Positions 56,302 through 64,000 of a stretch of DNA of 64,000 nucleotides are shown one piece after another (the first letter of the stretch is position 1; the number at the start of each line of letters is the position of its first letter). The notes beneath the pieces are model-generated. The model had not been told where the DNA came from and ran no database searches. It worked only from the letters and a program-made list of their open reading frames with translations. The stretch comes from Sphaerodactylus townsendi. Taxonomy: Eukaryota. The position numbers and the translations under genes are program-made. Location of the stretch: the NCBI RefSeq assembly GCF_021028975.2, contig NC_059429.1, positions 57,908,001-57,972,000 of the forward strand, read 5' to 3'.

Positions 56302-57791
56302 ACTGGATTATGCAAATTAAAGAACCATGAAATAGAATCTGTATAATACACTGCATAAGCTGGATTTCAGGGAATGTGGTAGCGGTATCATATTAAATTA
56401 TTCACAAGCATCTTACATCCTTATGACAGGTAGAGCATATTGTTGTGGAGACAGGATCAGGTATTTCTGCTGTTTCATAATTCTTAAACACTGTGCAATA
56501 ATCTGCCAAAAGAAAAAATACAACAAATAATATTGCACAGCAGTTGACTAGGGCTTCAATTCCAGCATCAAGTTCTTTGAACACTGGACTGCAGAGCACG
56601 GGATGTCAAGGGGCCAAAATACATATTCCATACAGTAGGTGCCTAAAATGTAGGCATGCTCTTACACAGAAACCTACCTTCCTAGAATTCTGGGGTAGAA
56701 TCACACCATCATCCCACACCCGGGCAGAAGAGTAAAATGCAGTGCTTTCTTCTTCTAGTCTGAAAATGCAAAATGTTGTAGAGGTAAAGCATTTTTTAAA
56801 AAGCACAAATACTTTCTTCAAATACTTTCTTCTTGCTCTGTCCAAGTGTAACACAAATTTCCTCCACGGAAAAATATCCCAAAATTTAACCCAAATCTGT
56901 GCTTATTCAATTACATTCCATTTTAGAGTGCTGAAGATAATCATCAGCAAAGTAATTTTAGAGATTCAGAATTATTTCAGTTGTTTGGGAAATTCAGAAG
57001 TATTCTGAAATTTAAACCAATGTCACTAATGTTAATCCAACCTTAATTTAGAGGCTATTGTTCTCAATGCACTTACTTTTCCTTCAGTTGTTTTAACTGT
57101 GTTCCTGCTCCTGTGCAATTGTCATCACAAATCTGTGAGTATGTGGGAGAATGTCTTGAATCCACAAGAGCAATTCTTGCGTTAGGCCAAAGAAATAGGA
57201 AGTTTGGATCAAATGATCTCCCACACTGAGGGAAAAAAAGCAGCCAATTCCCGGTTAAGCTTGGTAACCATATCTGCCCATTGGAAAGTATTAAAAAGCT
57301 TTTGAAATGTAACAGATGTTTACATTACAGCACTGATCTCAGGTTTTCTGTTAAGCAATGGCAGCTAAACTTAAAGAGCACAAGCAGAGCTTGAGTCTTA
57401 GCATGGACATGATGCCATATCCTGACAGGAATGGCAGAACCAATTACATCTGTCTTACTTCAAAGGTTCAAATGGAAACCTACTGTTAGCTGAGTCTAGT
57501 GCAGAATTAGGAGGGCCTTCCTGTTAAGAGTCTTAGCACTTTGGTCCTTTCTTTCTTCCATCTCTACCAATACCATACAAGTACTCATATGCAGCAGTAC
57601 TAGAATTGCTGGTCTCTCCATTGTAATAGCAATATAAATAGCTGCACTTGTTGGTCTACTTTTTCAGGATTGAGCAAAGAGCACTGATTTTAGGGATCAG
57701 TTGATTCGTAATTTATATGTGTTTACATATATAAACAAAAATCACATTTAAATGAGGAATTAAACACATTAGACCAGCAAATGCTATAACA

Positions 57792-57930
57792 CGGTGGTTG
57801 TCAACCTGGCCACCAGAGCAGTGGGGGGTATGCAAAAAAATTATGTAATGGGTTTTCTAATATGAGGGTATAATTTTAGGGAAATTAGTTACCAAGGGGT
57901 ACGCAAGTGAAAAAATGTTGACAACCGCTG
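57792..57930. mobile_element. hAT-type MITE
   Basis: TIR cggtggttgtcaac / gttgacaaccgctg; decayed 8-bp TSD ctataaca / ctgtaatg. Confidence 0.5.
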
Positions 57931-59584
57931 CTGTAATGCAATTTGCCAAATGCAACATTTCACATATTGCTGTACTTTAACAGCTATTTGATGGTTTTCT
58001 GAAGGTATTATTAAGGTAAGCTTCAATGACAGAAATCTAGCAGAAACCATAACTCAGTTTTCTGTCACCAACTGAACCAAATGCATAGAATAGGTACAAA
58101 GTTTGAGGCAAATACAAACATCGTATCCCCACTAAAGCCAGGATTCCTTGCAAATACAACGTAAGAGCAGCGATTTTCTCTTTGCCATCCCAAGACTGGT
58201 CTTTAGTCAACCAACGAATACAGATTATAGCTACATACTGGAAAGTGGGGGAAACCAGATGACTTTGTTATTAGCACCTACCCCTCTGATATATTAGCCA
58301 TCATGCTCAAAAATCTTACCATAGCATAACTTTCATTTCCATAGCAGCCACCAATCACAAGAGTAATTTTGGGGACAGTGGCACAAGCAACCGTAGCCAT
58401 CATGGAGGCTTGTGCCTTTAACTTATTTGAATGATTCTCAGCCTACACAAGAATGAAAAAAAGTATCAACATATTTGCTTCTCATAGAGATTGCTCCAAA
58501 TATATAGGCTCTGACAATCTTACCAATGTAAAGATTTTAAATCACTGATCTATTTTCTTGCCAATTCAAGAAGGAAGAAGAGAGGTGGATGCTATCAATC
58601 ACTGTTAGACTCAGTACCATAGCTAGCCACCATCTTCCTGCATAGCAACTTCTAACTGAGAGAACAAAGCTGCATGTGCAGAATAGAGAAAAGAAAGCTA
58701 TATAAAAAAGTTTCAAAATCTGCAAGCTCATTCTTCTCCATAACAAAAACAACCCCAACTACTGCAAAACACTAAACTTCAGAAGTACTTCATTGTTCAA
58801 TACAAGTGCAGTCAACGTTCATGGCAACAAGTGCTGCTAATTAATTATCTTTCCTAGCATAAAAAAATTAAATTCATCAAGAATAAGCTACAATGATTAT
58901 TATTTTGCCCTGTTATCCATCTTCTTGACAGAGGATTTTTTGTGTGGCTTCGAATATCTTCTAGCCCCGGTGGAGGACCAGAACAGGCTAAGCTAAGGGG
59001 TTCGCACATATTGCAGAGATCATGCTGTCTGAAAAAAGCACAGTTGATCCTTCAGTTGGAGCTATTCCAGTATGCTCAATCTATTGTACCTGTGCAAAAC
59101 TGACTGGGTCTGCTGGCTGTGGAGCTGTATTCAGGATGAACAGGATGGGAATATTCCGCTGATTACAAAGTTGTACGAAGTGACAGCCTTTTACAGAAGC
59201 ATCATGAGTCAGCTCACCATTGTTAGCCACTACTCCAATCAGCTGTCTAACAACATGAATATGTTATGTTGTTTAAAAATGATGGAAACATTACACATAT
59301 AATGAATAATAACATGTTTGCAAAATGAAAGAGTGACATTATAACATTTATATGGCATTTAAAAAACCAAGGGTGAACTACATAAACCTAACTGACATTT
59401 AAAAAAGAGGTGGATTTGGCTTACCGGACTTACAGACCTACCATGATGCGGGGGCTATGACTTGGATCAGGAGGAAGAAAAATTATTGATACTAGAAGGC
59501 TATAAAATGGATAAAGGGATGGCACCACTATTTATGGCTGAGCTCAACTGTGATGGCAGCCATTAGTAAAGAGTTTGGAATGCA

Positions 59585-60556
59585 CTAGCGGGGCCCGGCC
59601 ACGCGTTGCTGTGGCTTATTGTGGTGAAATGAGAAAGGAACAGTAGCAGCAAATCAATTGCAGAGGCCAGCAGTACGTGCTCATGCAAACACGCAGCCTG
59701 ATACTGTGTGATGTCGTTGATGTGTGTGCCCGCATTCCTGGGGGGGGGGGGGGGATGGAAAGGCACCTCTCCCACACATCTAGGCTGGCTGGTCATGATC
59801 CTTTACCTGGGAGTAAGTTTGGTTGATGGCAATGGGTGTCGCTTCTGAGGAAACCCTCTGAGGGGCACGACGCAGCCATTCAAAGTATGTCACAGTTGCT
59901 GTACTGAGCTTACTCCTGAGTAATGTGTGCCTGGTTTTCTTAACTGTAACCGCAGTATTCAGGGAATCTAGGGTTCCTGGCCCCTCCCTCCCGTCCCTTG
60001 AATGTCGCCCCTCACTCTCTTCCCTCCCTCACTTCTCTTCCCCTGAATGCCACCCCTCCCCCTCCCCCTCCCTCCCTTTCCTTTCCCTCCAATAAGGTGG
60101 GTGGGTCATATCAAGATGCTGGGGCCTCTGCCTCCTCTCCCTTGCATGCCACCCCTCACTGTCTCCCCTCTCTCACTTCTCTTCCCTTGCATGCCACCCC
60201 TCCCTCTCTTCCCTCTCCCTTGTGTGTATGTGTGTGTATGTGTTTCACTTCCACTCGAGTTACTGCCTATGTACTGTTTTCACTGCTCATATCTGGCCAT
60301 CTGAGTGAACATTCTAAGCTGCACGAACATTCTAAGGGTGACAGTTACACACAGGCAGCTGCATGTCCTTCACCAGGGAGCGCCAGGAAAAAGGTGTTTT
60401 ACCTGGGCCAGGTGTGAAATTTCAGGTATGTGAACATCTAAAAACACTCTCACCTGGCTGACTATAGTGGCTGGGAATTTTCAGAGGAATTGGCCCAGCA
60501 GTTACTGAGTTATACTACCATTAACAAAACAACTGTTAGCTTTTTATATAGAGAGA
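59585..60556 (-). mobile_element. Non-autonomous Helitron (~970 bp)
   Basis: Minus strand begins TC and ends CTAG, inserted between A and T with no TSD; GC-rich hairpin gccac(a)gc-aac-gcgtggc about 13 nt before the 3' end. Confidence 0.75.
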
Positions 60557-63500
60557 TTATGTCAGGAATGCTCTACTCAGTACATGAAAAAAATACAGGA
60601 AATATTTTGCCAAAAGATACCACAATGAATATCACAGATGGAAGCAAAACACTTCCCCCATAGTAGTTCTAGCCATGGGAACATAATAGAACTATAAATA
60701 AAGGATAGAACATCTCTGTGTGGAGAAGTGTTATGCTGAATTCATAGTGTGATAAGGCTACAGGCTGAGCTGTGTGCCTCCTTTGGTTGGGACACTGCTC
60801 ATCTCCACACAGTTTGAACAGTAGACATCTGATCACCCAAAGAAAGAAGGTCCATAGCTAGAGATACTGAAGTATTTACATTTCAAACAACTATTGCACA
60901 TTTATAAGGTCAAGGAATTGAGGATTTATCTCCCATTTTGTTCTCTACCAAACTGAAGTTTGTCTATATGTATGAATGAAGTCAGTGCAGATGTAGACAT
61001 CAGCAATACTAATTCAGTGAGTTCTCTTTGTACAAGTAACAGCGCACATGATTGTATCCCTTTAAATCCACTAGTTGAAGCTCATAGTAGCTTTGCATAT
61101 TTATCCTGTGAGTATCAAAAGTGCATATTTTTATAAACCAGGGCTCACAAATAAGGAATGAATGCGTAGCTTCTCATAGTTACCCACACTGCTCCAGCAG
61201 CTTACTGCAGCAAGCAAAATATTCTCAGTGGCACGATTAGTCTTTCCATAATGGAAAAAAAGCATCTCAACTACCACATTTTTATCTCAGAGGAAATCAA
61301 TTAGTCCAAGTTAGAAGCATGCTTTATTAAACCTAGCAAAATCATTCACTTTGTTAGCACCGTTTAGACAGATGTTTGATGTTTAATGTTAAGGGAAAAG
61401 GTTAGGTCCCCTAGAAGCTTCTTCTTCACATACAAAATTGACTTTAAATATTCATTTGGGTTTTAAATTTTAAGTGATTTTATAGCTAGTGCAAGCAACC
61501 TTATTAACTGCCCTGGAGCATGTAGCCTGCTGCTTATGCACTCAGCTGAGCTGAAGAGGTTGTACATCATGAGAACTGGGCTACCTGCAAAAACTGCTTG
61601 CCACACAACAAACTACCATATCAAATTACAGCAGCACTAAAAGAAATGTCTGAAGCAGCATTAGTTTAATGAAAATTAGAAAGGCAGTACTATGTTTTCT
61701 CTGGATGGATGTTAGGGAAAGGCAGGGAACAGACAGACAGCTGCTGGGAGAGCTAACACAGTGTAAGTGGGACTGGAGAGATCTGGCCTCATATCCCTGA
61801 TCAGTCATGAGTTCCACTGGGTAACCTTGGAGCAGTCATGATCTCTTAGCAGAACCAATCTCACAGGATGCTTGTGAGGAGAAAACATAGGAGGAGAAAA
61901 CCATGCACACCACTTCAAGTTTCCTGGAGAAGGGTAGGTCAAAAGAAATGGAAGACAGGCAGGAACAAGGGGATGAGCTCTGAACAATGGCATACGGCTC
62001 TGATTTGTAAAAGTAGTATCTGACAACAGATGGTGATTTGCATGGCACTGGAGAAATCTACTAATCATTCTTAGAAAGACAGCTGGCTTAGATCCAACTC
62101 CAACTAGCATAAATATCCGTGTATTTGAATTTTCCCTTGTTTTCAGTGGAATCTGGTTCCACAGGAAATTTGGTAGGGGTAGAGGATTCCCTTGACTACT
62201 TGTTACTACAAGAAACTCTGCACATGCTCTGAGGAACCAGCTACAGCATAGTAAAACATGTTTAGCTTAGCTAGTGCAACTGTATTGCTTTTCATTTGAA
62301 TATCTATGCGCTGTTATTGCTGTGTGCTTTTCCCTGAATTTTGTTTTGTATTTTTCCACCTCCTTTAAATCTAATCACCCTATCCGCCTCCCCTCTTTTA
62401 CAAAAAGCCTTTTTATAAAATCTTTTTAGCTTCGTTTAGTACAATGTATTTATTTGGGTTATTATCTCTTTCCCATGTGCTAGATTGCATGGGTGCTTTC
62501 AGGTTGATTATACATTACTTTGTTATTATTTTTGTGCTGCGTTGGAAGAGTGTCTTCTCAGTGGGTTCGTCTAGAAGTTCTTAGGAGATTCTGAATGATG
62601 GTGGCAGGTTATCAGGGAACCCAGCAAGGAAAGGCACCATTTGTTCCTTCCCACCATGACAATTGGCGGCATCTACTGTAACAGGCAGCAAATCTAAACT
62701 CTCCATGACTACAACAAGATGTATATCAAGATCTCAGAAGCTCAGAACTATTTGCTTGATCAAGCAGACTTAAGAATATTTATTACAAATAATTTCAAAG
62801 AGAATCTGTCCTGATAGTTTTAAAACACTACTCTTACCCTTCTATGTAAGCAAATCCAGTCACTAAGGTTGTTCCATAATTAGCTCTGAATTCCTGGAAC
62901 CTGCTGCCATCAATTATGCGACTCAGAATCTATAAAAACATTTTCAAGAGAAATTAAAAATCAATATTAGGAGGCTTTCTAAAAGAAAAATAGCATCATG
63001 CTTTGCTTAAGCCAGAAATTGTGGCTTGTTGTCTAAAGATACTATTAGATCACAATTTGTATGCTATTAAACCTAGTACTATATTATGCAGATAAATAAA
63101 GATTAAAATGACTTTGTTTATATACCAACCATACATCCAGTGCCAAGCTTTACAGTGGGCCTCTTAAGTATGCACAAAGGAAAAAAATTATATTCTCCTA
63201 GGTATGGAACACTTCTACTGACTAAAGATTTTTTGCCTACATTTCAATTAAATGCTTCTCAAGACAGATTACAACTAACAGATTAAATGCAATATAAATA
63301 GCTGCTCTTCAGGACCATTTGAAAGTTGGGAAAATAGCACTGGAGGGAGGGGGGAGCAGAGAGAGGTTTAACCCCCTCTCCCTGCATGCTGCAATCTTGA
63401 TCAGAATCCCATACATCTGAAAATGAAATGTTAGTAACTGCTTGGACTTCCAAAACACAGAAGTTCTTGCACCTATCTGGTTTGACCCTCTGATATTCTG

Positions 63501-64000
63501 GTTTCTGGAGAAGTCACATGACTGGGAAAGTGTTCATAAACTCACTGATGTCTCTGTGCATATTTATTTGACTGATGCACAGCCAATAAGAATAGGATTT
63601 TATATTTAAGAATGCATATGTAATTTGTGAGGATTAGTGAATCACAAAAAAAATCTGGAATGGGTTGAAGCTCATCATGTCAATCACCTCTTAACACCAG
63701 TATTCCTCACTTGTAAAATGGAAGTAAGTAACTGGTTGTCTGTGAATAATTTTGCTCCCTACTGAGGGTGGTAGTGGTTGGTATTACTATTGGGAGAGGG
63801 GGGGGGGTTATTTGTCATTCTACAGGGGCATATTTACTCACTTATTAGGGTACTTTTAACCTAAATTTCTTCACTTAATGTGGACTCATAGCAGCTTTCA
63901 ATATATCCCCCACACACACAGACATACAGTAAACCAACAATACTTAAACGTAAAGTTAAGAACACATCTACCCACTGTTGGAGGTGGGGCAGAATATGTA

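Noticed and set aside
56400-64000. Possible third gene downstream of RPE65
   Set aside because: No exon with recognisable protein similarity found on either strand.

Overview
Vertebrate (squamate, most likely gecko, judged from the repeat families) genomic window with two complete multi-exon genes on the + strand. DEPDC1 has 12 coding exons (5139-29891, 812 aa) and starts in a CpG-island promoter with CRE, CCAAT and CDE/CHR-like elements. RPE65 follows about 6.6 kb after its stop, with 14 coding exons (36518-55799, 533 aa), four iron-ligand His residues and the PDPCK motif intact. The gene order matches the amniote DEPDC1-RPE65 arrangement. Introns and flanks hold many transposon relics: palindromic hAT MITEs with 8-bp TSDs, Penelope-like elements (GIY-YIG remnants and several hammerhead ribozyme motifs), Squam3-like tRNA SINEs, Helitrons, Harbinger-like MITEs and L2/RTE/L1 fragments. 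There are three assembly gaps. Main leads: RPE65 encodes Met450 (the hypomorphic C57BL/6 mouse residue) together with chicken-type K170/G297; hammerhead motifs lie upstream of DEPDC1 and in RPE65 introns; inverted SINEs flank RPE65 exons 4-5; and DEPDC1 has a probable unannotated upstream non-coding exon. Comparisons with human, mouse and chicken proteins are from memory and need alignment to confirm. I found no clearly new gene system.
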